Assembly (NCBI GenBank): GCA_963665115.1 | Contig: OY762007.1 | Span: forward strand, 4,576,001 to 4,640,000 | Reading direction: 5' to 3' | DNA from: an uncultured Rivularia sp. | GTDB lineage: Bacteria > Cyanobacteriota > Cyanobacteriia > Cyanobacteriales > Nostocaceae | DNA: 64,000 bases | Shown: one piece after another, positions 43,870-53,414 of the stretch | Numbering within the stretch: position 1 is the stretch's first letter | Layout of the letters: every line of letters begins with the position of its first letter | Translations under genes and position numbers: made by a program | The notes under the pieces: generated by a model | Database searches by the model: none | What the model was told of the DNA's origin: nothing | The model's input: only the letters and a program-made list of their open reading frames with translations

Positions 43870-45132
43870 CTAATCTCCCTTTGCCAATTCGGGAGTTTTC
43901 CCTAATAAACCAATCATCAATTTGAGATTCAATATTCTAATGAAAGGTACGCGCTGCATTACCCATAAGCCAAAGCGTCTGGCTATGACTACAGGTAGGA
44001 ATTTGTTGGAAAATACTCTATCTAATAAATCTGTAAAACCTAATATTGCTAGGTTTTCTCGTTTGCGCCAGCGTTCGTAGTTTTTAAGTACTTTGATATT
44101 TCCAATATCTTTACCAGCAGAATGTGCTTCTTTGATGACTTGGGCTAAAGCTGCTGCATCGCGAATGCCTAAATTTAAACCTTGTCCGCCGACGGGATGA
44201 CATTTGTGTGCTGCATCGCCGATTAAAGCTAGTCGATGCAATACATAACGATCGCTTTGCATTAACTGCACTTGGAAAATAAAGCGATCGCCAAGTAATT
44301 CTAGTTCACCCATTTGGTTGCCGAAACGTTTTTCTAATTGTGTGAGAAATTGCTCGTCATCGAGTTCCAACAAAGCTTTTGCTTCTTCATGGGGTGCTGT
44401 CCAAACAATCCGACAGCGGTTTCCCGGTAGCGGTAATACTGCAAAAGGTCCGCTGGATTGAAATTTTTCGTAAGCTGTATTGTTGTGAGATTTTTCTGGT
44501 TTGACAAATGCTACAATGCATGATTGCCAATATTTCCAACCTTTGGTTTTTATTCCAGCAGCTTGACGAATTCGAGATTTGCCTCCGTCAGCAGCTACTA
44601 TTAAATGGCTGCGAATTGTGCATATCTCTCCTGCGACTTTAACCTCTACCGTCGCAACATCTTCGAGGTACTCGGTACTTATAACTTCCGCAGGACATAA
44701 ATAAGTGATGTTGGCACTGTCTTTGACAACTTCTTGCAAAGGATAAAGTAGCGCTTGATGTTCGGCAACGTAACCCAAATCTTTGCTGCCGAGATCGTCC
44801 GTGTTAAATTCTACTACCTCGGAATAATCCGCATCGGAAAGACGCACGCGGTTATAAGTCTCGATTTGGGGTAATATCTTGTCCCAAATTCCAATTCCTT
44901 GATAAATCAACGCCGACAGCATATGTATCGCGTAGGCTTGTCCTTTCGCTACCGACGCAGATTGAACTCTGGCTTCGATTAAAAGTATTTTTAGTCCCGA
45001 ATCATTTAATGCAGCGGCTAAGGTTAAACCGATAATTCCGCCACCGACAATTACCAAATCGTAATCATACCCTCGTTTCTGAGCAAGGGATTGGGAAGGA
45101 GAGCTAATTTTAGAGAGCTGCGCTTGTGCCAT
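43870..45132 (-). CDS. FAD-dependent hydroxylase, UbiH/COQ6 family
   Basis: GGGIIG, AADGGKSRIR, LIGDAAHKCHPVGGQGLNLGIRD. Confidence 0.9.
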   Translation of the reverse strand: MAQAQLSKISSPSQSLAQKRGYDYDLVIVGGGIIGLTLAAALNDSGLKILLIEARVQSASVAKGQAYAIHMLSALIYQGIGIWDKILPQIETYNRVRLSDADYSEVVEFNTDDLGSKDLGYVAEHQALLYPLQEVVKDSANITYLCPAEVISTEYLEDVATVEVKVAGEICTIRSHLIVAADGGKSRIRQAAGIKTKGWKYWQSCIVAFVKPEKSHNNTAYEKFQSSGPFAVLPLPGNRCRIVWTAPHEEAKALLELDDEQFLTQLEKRFGNQMGELELLGDRFIFQVQLMQSDRYVLHRLALIGDAAHKCHPVGGQGLNLGIRDAAALAQVIKEAHSAGKDIGNIKVLKNYERWRKRENLAILGFTDLLDRVFSNKFLPVVIARRFGLWVMQRVPFIRILNLKLMIGLLGKTPELAKGD

Positions 45133-45302
45133 TGTTAAGATAAATCACAGCGTTTTTAATATTGTGACGTATTTTGAAGGAATTATGCAAGGAGATGGGG
45201 GAATTGGGAGATGGGGGGACAAGGAGATGGGGAGAAATGAAACTTTTAACTTTTACTCCCTGTTCCCTATTCCCTCTTCTAAATTGGCAGAACAATTAAT
45301 TT

Positions 45303-46799
45303 TTATTTCAAAGGAAACGCTACACAGTTTCTTCCAGATGATTTCGCGTTGTACAAAGTTTTGTCCGCAGCAGCTATCAAAGTTTGAGTTGAGTTATTGA
45401 AATTAGGAAGAGTCGAAGCTATACCAAAACTAACAGTGACACAATTGCTTGCATGAGAATTAATGTGGGGAATATCTAAAGATTTGATTGTTGAACGAAT
45501 TTCTTTGGTTAAATGAATTGCTCCCTCTAAATCGGTATTTGGTAAGAGGATAATAAACTCTTCACCACCATAACGAGCAGCTAAATCAGCAGGGCGTTTA
45601 ATAGCTTCTTTCAAAACAGTAGCGATTCGGCGCAAACATTCATCTCCTAATTGATGTCCGTAAGTGTCGTTGTAATTTTTAAAATAATCGACATCACACA
45701 TAATCAAAGATACTAGCCCTTGTTCCCTTAATAAACGTTTCCATTCTTGCTGGAAATAATAATCAAAGTAGCGACGATTTGCTAATCCCGTTAAACCATC
45801 TGAATTTGCAAGTTTTTGTAATTGCTTATTCGCAAAATTCAATTTTTCTGCTATTTCGCGGTATTCAGTCTCATTTTGGGTTAATATTGATTGCATTATT
45901 CGGCATTGCTGTATTTCTTTCTCCAATAATTTATTTTGATTTTGGAGTTGCAGCGTTTGTTCATTGACTGTTTGCTGCAAAATTTTTATTAAAGCTTGCA
46001 TTTCTAATGGATCTAAAACTCGCAGCAAGCTACTTTGGGTAATAATCCCAGATAACTTTCCCTCGACATCAATTACAACTAACCTGCGAATATTTTCTTG
46101 CTCCATTTTTTGATGAGCAAACCATAAAGTATCTTTATTTCTAATAGGTTTAAGGGGGGCACTCATTACTTCTTTAGCTATAGTTGAGGAAAAGTCCCAG
46201 CCTTGTGCCCGTAATCTTACTATATCTACTTCCGTAATAATTCCAACAGGATAATATCCTAACTCCGTATTTCCCTTTGCGATCGCCACACAGCTAACTC
46301 TGTTTTTAGCCATGAGGAGAGCGATATCCAAAATATTAGTGAGGGGAGAAGCTTGAATTACCTGTGTTTCCATCAACTCGCAGACCAATCTAGACCGAAG
46401 CATATCGGCAGGTTTAAAAACTTGCCGAATTGTTTTAGGAGTGACAATACCAACCAACTGCTCAAGCTCGTTTACAACTGGTAAATGGCGAATTCGATGG
46501 CGACGCATCAAATTTAATACCACATATACATCGGTAGCTTGAGATGCGGTAACGGAAATGATATTTTTTGACATCACATCAGCAACGTTTAAACCAGCAA
46601 AATTCTGACGCTTAGCCGTCATTTTTACTACGTCTCTTTCCGTATAGATACCGATTAGTTTTTGCTGTTCTACAACCAAAACACAGCTAGCTTTGGATTG
46701 ACTTAGTAGGTTAACGACATCTTTGACCGATTGATCGACCTGAACTGTGACAGGTTTAAAATCAATAGCTTGATTGAAGGGAAAATCATCTGATGTCAT
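45303..46799 (-). CDS. Diguanylate cyclase with CBS domains
   Basis: CBS repeats, DGLTGLANRR, RPAD I-site, ARYGGEEF. Confidence 0.92.
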   Translation of the reverse strand: MTSDDFPFNQAIDFKPVTVQVDQSVKDVVNLLSQSKASCVLVVEQQKLIGIYTERDVVKMTAKRQNFAGLNVADVMSKNIISVTASQATDVYVVLNLMRRHRIRHLPVVNELEQLVGIVTPKTIRQVFKPADMLRSRLVCELMETQVIQASPLTNILDIALLMAKNRVSCVAIAKGNTELGYYPVGIITEVDIVRLRAQGWDFSSTIAKEVMSAPLKPIRNKDTLWFAHQKMEQENIRRLVVIDVEGKLSGIITQSSLLRVLDPLEMQALIKILQQTVNEQTLQLQNQNKLLEKEIQQCRIMQSILTQNETEYREIAEKLNFANKQLQKLANSDGLTGLANRRYFDYYFQQEWKRLLREQGLVSLIMCDVDYFKNYNDTYGHQLGDECLRRIATVLKEAIKRPADLAARYGGEEFIILLPNTDLEGAIHLTKEIRSTIKSLDIPHINSHASNCVTVSFGIASTLPNFNNSTQTLIAAADKTLYNAKSSGRNCVAFPLK

Positions 46800-46830
46800 A
46801 TATGTAACAAGAATACACCCAGTTTCGATA

Positions 46831-47587
46831 CTAACCTAAGCTTACAGCGATTAAATCATCAGACATATCGAAGTTAGCTGTAACATTTTGCACATCGTCT
46901 ATAGCTTCAAGAGTATCAATTAATTTATTGAGCAACCGTGCTTGTTCTGAGTCAGAAACATCTACATTATTGCTAGGAATCCAGCGTAATTCTACATCGG
47001 TAACATCAAATTGTTCTTGAAGCGTTTGATTGAGGTTTTCTAAATCTACAACTTCGGCTACAACTTCAGCCATATCATCGTCGGTGATTTCGTAAAATTC
47101 GGCACCGCCTTCTAAGGAAGCTTCCAGAAGTTTTTCTTCGTTAGGAACATCTTTTACAGTACAAACGCCTTTTTGGGAGAACATCCAGCTAACGCAACCT
47201 GTTTCCCCAAGATTGCCGCCATTTTTAGTAAAAGCTTCTCGTAAATATGCTACCGTGCGGTTGCGATTGTCCGTTAAAGCTTCAATCAAAATCGCTACAC
47301 CACCCGGCCCCGTAGCCTTCATAGCGTATCTCCTCTAACTTTGCACCATCATCATCAAAAGTACCCGCACCTTTGGCGATCGCCCGCTCGATATTATCCG
47401 ACGGAATACCGGCTGCTTTGGCTTTCTCGATTGCGGTACGTAGTTGAAAGTTACCATTAGGATCTGCTACACCATTTCTAGCTGCAACAATAATTGCACG
47501 AGATAGCTGAGTGAAGGTTTTACCTCTTTTAGCGTCAACCCGCGCTTTTTGACGCTTAATATTTGCCCATTTACTGTGTCCTGCCAT
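46831..47587 (-). CDS. yebC: YebC/PmpR family protein; apparent +1 frameshift at 47308-47311
   Basis: [14 protein letters not shown]; removing one base gives [23 protein letters not shown]. Confidence 0.92.
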
Positions 47588-47757
47588 AATTTAAACCTAT
47601 AAAATCAACCGATCGGCTAAAAGATATGAATTTTTCTCTAAAATTAATTTTATTCTAAGCATTCATGTTTAAATGCAGTGTATTAAATTTTAGAGAATTA
47701 AGAAACCCAGTTTTTTATGTGGGTTTGTTAACAACTCGAATTATTTTAAGAAAAAGA

Positions 47758-49035
47758 ATGTTTTATCAAAAATTATTGGCTTTAGTAATAGTTTCTATAA
47801 TTTTCATCACGGGATGCCAGACTTCATCGAGTGAAAAAAGCAATATAACCTATCTGACTTTATGGCAGGGAGTAAACCCACCGTCTAATAGAGATGTTTT
47901 ACAGGACTTAGTAGATAAATTTAATCAAAATCATCCTAACATTCAAGTAGAGTCGCTGTATGTAGGGCAACCAGATCAGCAAATGCCGAAAATTTTAGCG
48001 GCAGTAGTGGGAAATGCACCTCCAGATTTATTATGGTTTAATCCCACAATTGCCGGACAATTAGTCGAATTAGATGCTTTGGTACCGCTGGATGAAATGC
48101 TTAATAAATCCCCGGTTAAAGATGAAATCGATCCGGCTTTGTTTGATTCAATGAAGTATCAAAATAAAATTTGGTCGGTACCTTTTGCAACTAATAATGT
48201 CGGAATTTTTTATCGTCCAAGTTTATTTAAAGCGGCGGGAATTGAAGAATTACCAAGCACTTGGGAAGAGTTTCGTCAAGCAGCCAAAAAATTAACTCGC
48301 GATACCAATGGAGATAATAAAGTTGACCAACACGGTATCTTTTTACCTTTAGGAAAAGGTGAATTTACAGTATTTATATGGCTGCCGTTTATGTGGAGTG
48401 GTGGAGGAGAATTAGCTTTGGAAGCGGCAAAAGTAGATTTAGCAGAAAATAAAGGCGCGATATCAGCTTTACAACTATGGCAAGATTTAGTTAAAGATGG
48501 TTCGGTGATATTATCTGCACCAGAAAGAGGTTTTGAAACAGATGCTTTTATGTCTGGAAAAGTAGCAATGCAGGTGACGGGACCTTGGACTTTGACTTAT
48601 ATTAATAATGATATTAAAAATGGTGATTTTGGCGTATTTCCCATTCCTAAAGATGAACGTCAAGCTACCAGTATTGGTGGAGAAAATCTATTTTTATTCA
48701 AAACCACGCCAAAGAGAGAAAAAGCAGCATTTGAGTTTGCAGAATATGTAGCAAGCGAGGGATTTCAAACAGAATGGGCTTTAGGAACTGGATATTTACC
48801 TGTAAATTTAAAGTCGCGTCAAAGCGAAAAATATCAGACTTATATTGAAAATAATCCCACAGCCGCCATATTTTTAAAGCAAGCAAAGTATGGGCGCAGT
48901 CGTCCGGTTTTTACTGGTTATACTAGAGTTTCGGAAAGTATTGGTAGAGCAATGGAAGCAGTTTTGTTAGGTAAAAGTAGTCCGCAAGAAGCTTTGAAAG
49001 AATCCCAGCAAAGATTGGATTTGATTTTTAAGTGA
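47758..49035 (+). CDS. Sugar ABC transporter substrate-binding lipoprotein
   Basis: Lipobox ITGC, PSTWEE, GKVAMQVTGPW. Confidence 0.88.
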   Translation: MFYQKLLALVIVSIIFITGCQTSSSEKSNITYLTLWQGVNPPSNRDVLQDLVDKFNQNHPNIQVESLYVGQPDQQMPKILAAVVGNAPPDLLWFNPTIAGQLVELDALVPLDEMLNKSPVKDEIDPALFDSMKYQNKIWSVPFATNNVGIFYRPSLFKAAGIEELPSTWEEFRQAAKKLTRDTNGDNKVDQHGIFLPLGKGEFTVFIWLPFMWSGGGELALEAAKVDLAENKGAISALQLWQDLVKDGSVILSAPERGFETDAFMSGKVAMQVTGPWTLTYINNDIKNGDFGVFPIPKDERQATSIGGENLFLFKTTPKREKAAFEFAEYVASEGFQTEWALGTGYLPVNLKSRQSEKYQTYIENNPTAAIFLKQAKYGRSRPVFTGYTRVSESIGRAMEAVLLGKSSPQEALKESQQRLDLIFK

Positions 49036-49148
49036 TATTGGTAATTGGTAATTGGTAATTGGTAATTGGTAGTAGGTTGCGTTAGGCAGACAACAAATTT
49101 ATAATTTATCAGTTAGAATTCTGCCGTAACCCAACATTGTGATTTGTA

Positions 49149-49231
49149 GAGAATCCCAAGTTTTCAACTTCGTAGTATCGAGCGAGCAAGATGCTCGCAC
49201 TACGATATATTTTTCCAAAATTGGGATGCTC
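49149..49231. mobile_element. MITE-like repeat with GAG(C/A)ATCCCAA...TTGGGATGCTC ends and the GCGAGCAAGATGCTCGC core
   Basis: Terminal inverted repeats seen directly; related ends at ~31056. Confidence 0.6.
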
Positions 49232-49359
49232 CTGTAATTGGCGGTTAATTGAACATATTCAAACAACCAGAAAAATATTTATTACGCTCTCAATATATTG
49301 ATGTTGGGTTACTACACAATTAATAAATCTTGTCGTAATTAAATAATTTATTTTCGTGT

Positions 49360-50817
49360 CTAACCCAACCTACTCAATCCAAAAGGCAACAATCCCAATA
49401 AAATCATCATCAAAATTGCATACAATATCCGAGTTGTCCGTTCAACCTTTTTCAATATATCGTTATAAGAAAGCTGATGATTTTGAATTAGAAAAAATGC
49501 TGGTGGAGTAATTAAGAAGGGTAATATTTTGCTTAATGAAAGGCGCAACAAAAAATTAATATTCCACAACTTTTTGCGAATCGGAGCTTGATTATATTGC
49601 CAAGGATAACCTACTTGCATCAAACGTATTAATGCTTTTGTATCGGGGAGTCTTAAGGATTCATACAAGGGTAAAGCTTCAACAAAATTGTTGTTACTTT
49701 TTTCTAATGCATCGTTAAGCGTACATACGTCTTCTAATGCTGAGTTGACACCTTGCCCTAAATCTGGAGGAAAGCTGTGAATTGCATCTCCTAACAAAAC
49801 TACAAATGATTCATCATTTAATTTTGAGTAGAATCCATCGCAGTATTGAGGAATGGGGAATTCTCCACCTTTGGTTAGAGCAAATCTTTGGGCTTCTTGG
49901 GAAGAAACTATTTTGTTGATGGGTAATTGCGGAAAGGATTTAGTTAAAAAGTCATGCATTTCCTCACCGCTGTTTAATTCCCAGATATTATGATTTGGTT
50001 TGGTTATAATATTTGCGCTACGTACTTCATCTGGATTTTTTACAGGTAATAATCCCAGAGATATTGATTTTTTTCTATCTTTGAATGCGCTACGAACAGC
50101 ATATGCCATTTCGCTGGTAGTTAGTTCTTCGCCTTTATCATCTAAAGGAAATTTTGGCGGTAAAGTTAATATTTTGTATCTTAATCCCGAACTCGGTGAA
50201 GGGAAATATTTCATCTCGAATTTGCTTGATGATGAGTCATCCCACTGTTTGAGAGTATTTCGGACTATAGAGTTGATTCCGTCGCATCCTACTAATAGAA
50301 AAGGCTGAAATTCTATTTTTTGATCGTTTTCGATTATGGCGACCTTTATTTCTTCAACTTTACTTTCTTGATTAATAATTTTATTAATTTCAACGCATTT
50401 TGCATTAAATATAACCGTTATAGAGTCTTGCCAATTTTGTTCTATTTCTTGATAAAGTAAATTAACAAATGTTTTGCGCGTTATCCAATAAGCGGGTTTT
50501 CGATTTGGATCTACAATTGGTAATTTTAAACTTTTACGATTTCCATCTGGCGTAATTTTAGTTAAATAAAAATCTGTGCTGGCAACGCCATTTGTAGGTA
50601 ATTGCTCGGTAATTCCAATATAATCTGTAAATTTTTGACCGCGCCCATCTATTAAATAATTAAATGATTTATCGGGTTCATAATAATCTGCGGTAGGGCG
50701 TTTTTCTAAAACTGTAATATTCCGCCAACCGCGTTTAGCTAACATCAGTGCGGTTGCGAATCCTGCGGGACCACCTCCGATAATTAATACTAGTTGATGG
50801 TAATTATTATTTATCAT
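49360..50817 (-). CDS. FAD-dependent monooxygenase (kynurenine 3-monooxygenase-like)
   Basis: GGGPAG, GCDGINS, LLGDAIHSFPPDLGQGVNSALED. Confidence 0.85.
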   Translation of the reverse strand: MINNNYHQLVLIIGGGPAGFATALMLAKRGWRNITVLEKRPTADYYEPDKSFNYLIDGRGQKFTDYIGITEQLPTNGVASTDFYLTKITPDGNRKSLKLPIVDPNRKPAYWITRKTFVNLLYQEIEQNWQDSITVIFNAKCVEINKIINQESKVEEIKVAIIENDQKIEFQPFLLVGCDGINSIVRNTLKQWDDSSSSKFEMKYFPSPSSGLRYKILTLPPKFPLDDKGEELTTSEMAYAVRSAFKDRKKSISLGLLPVKNPDEVRSANIITKPNHNIWELNSGEEMHDFLTKSFPQLPINKIVSSQEAQRFALTKGGEFPIPQYCDGFYSKLNDESFVVLLGDAIHSFPPDLGQGVNSALEDVCTLNDALEKSNNNFVEALPLYESLRLPDTKALIRLMQVGYPWQYNQAPIRKKLWNINFLLRLSLSKILPFLITPPAFFLIQNHQLSYNDILKKVERTTRILYAILMMILLGLLPFGLSRLG

Positions 50818-51108
50818 AATTTATTTATACATAATTATTAGTTTTTAATTTTACTATAAAATTATGATGCTAAAGCTTAAAAATAAGTAAGAAAATTGTA
50901 TGTGATAAAGATGTCTAACCCACTCTATAAAAATAAACCCGATTTTTTATAAAAACCGGGTTTATAGACTAATTTATGTATAAAAATACGGGCAGAATAC
51001 CTTTGCCACAAGATTACTTTCTCTATACTTATTTTCTCCGCGTACTCTGCGTACTAGTAAGGTTTTATATTCAGTAATCTTGTGCAATAAAGAAAGTCAT
51101 ATAAAATA

Positions 51109-51858
51109 CTAAGCCGATAATACAGCTTTAACTTTTCCAAACCGCCGCTCTCTATTTTGATAGCTTGATAATGCTTCTTGGAAAGCTGTCCTGTTAAAAT
51201 CTGGCCATAAAGTATCTGTAAAATACATTTCTGTATATGCCATTTGCCATAGAAGAAAGTTACTTAATCGCTTTTCTCCACTAGTACGGATAAGTAAATC
51301 TGGTGCGGGAATGTCTGCCGTATATAAATTGCTTTGAATTAAATTTTCATCGATATCTTCTGGTTTAATTTCTCCTTTTTTAACTAACTCCGCTACTTGA
51401 CGGCAAGCGCTGATAATTTCTTTGCGACTACCATAATTAACTGCAACATTAAACTGAACATCTTGGTTATTTGATGTTTCCAACATTGAACGCTGCATTT
51501 CATTTTGTAATGATTTAGGTAGTGCAGATAAATCGCCAATAAAATTAATTCGTACACCTTCCCTATGCATTTCTTCTAATTCGCGACGCAACATTTTTTC
51601 AAACAAAATCATCAAAAAATCAACTTCTTCAGTTGGTCGTCGCCAATTTTCAGTAGAAAAGGCGTAAGCTGTTAATATCTTAATTCCCCAATCTTTGCAG
51701 CATCGCAAGAGTTCTTTAAGCGTTTTTGCACCTTGCCGATGTCCGGCAATACGCGGTAATTTTTGTTGAGTAGCCCACCTCCCGTTACCATCCATAATTA
51801 CGGCAACATGCAAAGGTAAGTTTTGTAAGTTTAAATCTGTGGGTAAGTTTGAATTCAT
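51109..51858 (-). CDS. uppS: Cis-isoprenyl diphosphate synthase (UppS family)
   Basis: [44 protein letters not shown]. Confidence 0.92.
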   Translation of the reverse strand: MNSNLPTDLNLQNLPLHVAVIMDGNGRWATQQKLPRIAGHRQGAKTLKELLRCCKDWGIKILTAYAFSTENWRRPTEEVDFLMILFEKMLRRELEEMHREGVRINFIGDLSALPKSLQNEMQRSMLETSNNQDVQFNVAVNYGSRKEIISACRQVAELVKKGEIKPEDIDENLIQSNLYTADIPAPDLLIRTSGEKRLSNFLLWQMAYTEMYFTDTLWPDFNRTAFQEALSSYQNRERRFGKVKAVLSA

Positions 51859-51897
51859 AGGGTTGTAAATTTAAGAACTTCGATTTTATACAGAAAA

Positions 51898-52878
51898 TTA
51901 TGTATTGACTATGAGGAATTTTGAACTTTGATTTGAACTTTGAATTCCTGTGTCCCCAAATAGTTCATTTAAATATGCTGGTGTCAGGGTATTATTCCAA
52001 ATCCACATTTGATGTATTGCAGAGTAAAAGGTATATAACAAGCTGCATTTGTTACTAAAATTCCAAGAATCCCATTTGAGAATCTGCATCATCCGTTTTA
52101 AAGTTCTAATCAAACTATTGCGCTGATAATTTCGATGGCGAGTTTTTATTAACGTTTTAGTTATTTTGATGGCAGAAGTATCGGGATAAGCCCAAACACC
52201 AAATCCCCAGAATTTCGTCATGTGGTTGATTTCGTCAATTGCTAATTGCTCTAAAATGTCTTGCAGCGAACCAGTTGTGTGAACCATCAGCCATATATAA
52301 AGACAAGTCGCGCTCAATTCAGTTGCTATCCGATGCAAACCATGACGATATAAATCTTCGTAAGGATTATCGGTAGGTAGATAGCTTCTAACAGTGCGGA
52401 ATTTTGGAGTTATTTTTTCACCCGTCAACTGCTGGTAAACCTTAATTAATGCAGGGGTATGCTGACGCTCTTCTTTTTCCCATAATCCCGGCTCTATCAG
52501 CTTTTCGTTTTCATCAATCGTTCCTCCTACATACTGAGCCATTTGTGGATGTAATTTTTGGAAATATTGCCGACTCGTTTGAGTATATCCTCGGATAGGC
52601 GCTTCGGTATCCATCGCACCGACTATAACCGATAAAAATACTTGCAAATCGATACCACTTACCTGCTCGCGATTAATACTTTGCCAGTCAATGGGTTTCC
52701 AAGCACGCGGTTGTGGTTGGTTAAACTGTGATGGTAAATCTTTCAAGCGCTCGTGTAATTCTTCCTTTGCAAGATAATGTTTGATGAGAGAATTTATCTT
52801 TTGCTGAATTTGAAAGTTGTTGCGTAAATTTGTTTTAGTTCCCCGATTTAGCTCGGATTCACTAAGTATTTCTATCAT
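51898..52878 (-). CDS. Ferritin-like diiron protein
   Basis: DTEAP..EERQH..ATELSA..DEINH: paired E and ExxH ligands. Confidence 0.75.
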   Translation of the reverse strand: MIEILSESELNRGTKTNLRNNFQIQQKINSLIKHYLAKEELHERLKDLPSQFNQPQPRAWKPIDWQSINREQVSGIDLQVFLSVIVGAMDTEAPIRGYTQTSRQYFQKLHPQMAQYVGGTIDENEKLIEPGLWEKEERQHTPALIKVYQQLTGEKITPKFRTVRSYLPTDNPYEDLYRHGLHRIATELSATCLYIWLMVHTTGSLQDILEQLAIDEINHMTKFWGFGVWAYPDTSAIKITKTLIKTRHRNYQRNSLIRTLKRMMQILKWDSWNFSNKCSLLYTFYSAIHQMWIWNNTLTPAYLNELFGDTGIQSSNQSSKFLIVNT

Positions 52879-53414
52879 CTTTTTTTTATTTAAGTATTTA
52901 TTTTTGCTTCGTGACTACCAGTTTAAATGTGGTGCTAGTGGTTTGTCAGTCGGGTAAAGTAGGGTAAAAAGTATGGTTGAGATATTTATTGGGAGTTATT
53001 GAAGTGATTTCTTTCTAACTGACATCTTCCATCATTCTCCTGCTCGCCTTCACAACCACCTTGTAAGCCGGAGGCTTTCTAGCCCGCACGCAATACCTAC
53101 GGTACGCTCCGCTAGCCGCGTGAACGCAGAGAAATCAATTTCAGGGCTGCATATACAAAGTACGTTAAAACGCACTAAAAGCCTTACTCAGCCATCTTTA
53201 GATGACTTGCTTTATAAGCCTGGGAATTTATTCCAAGGCGGTTATTGAGAATAGTGCAAGATGTGAGTTAAGAGATACAAGTACTGAAAATTGAAAAGTA
53301 AAGGAGAAAGTCAAGTTTACATAAACTTGTCTAAAAAGACTGGTTCCCAACTGTAGACTAGGATTGAGCTTTGCTCCTTTCACTTGTAAGTTAAACTACC
53401 TTGGTCGCTAAACA

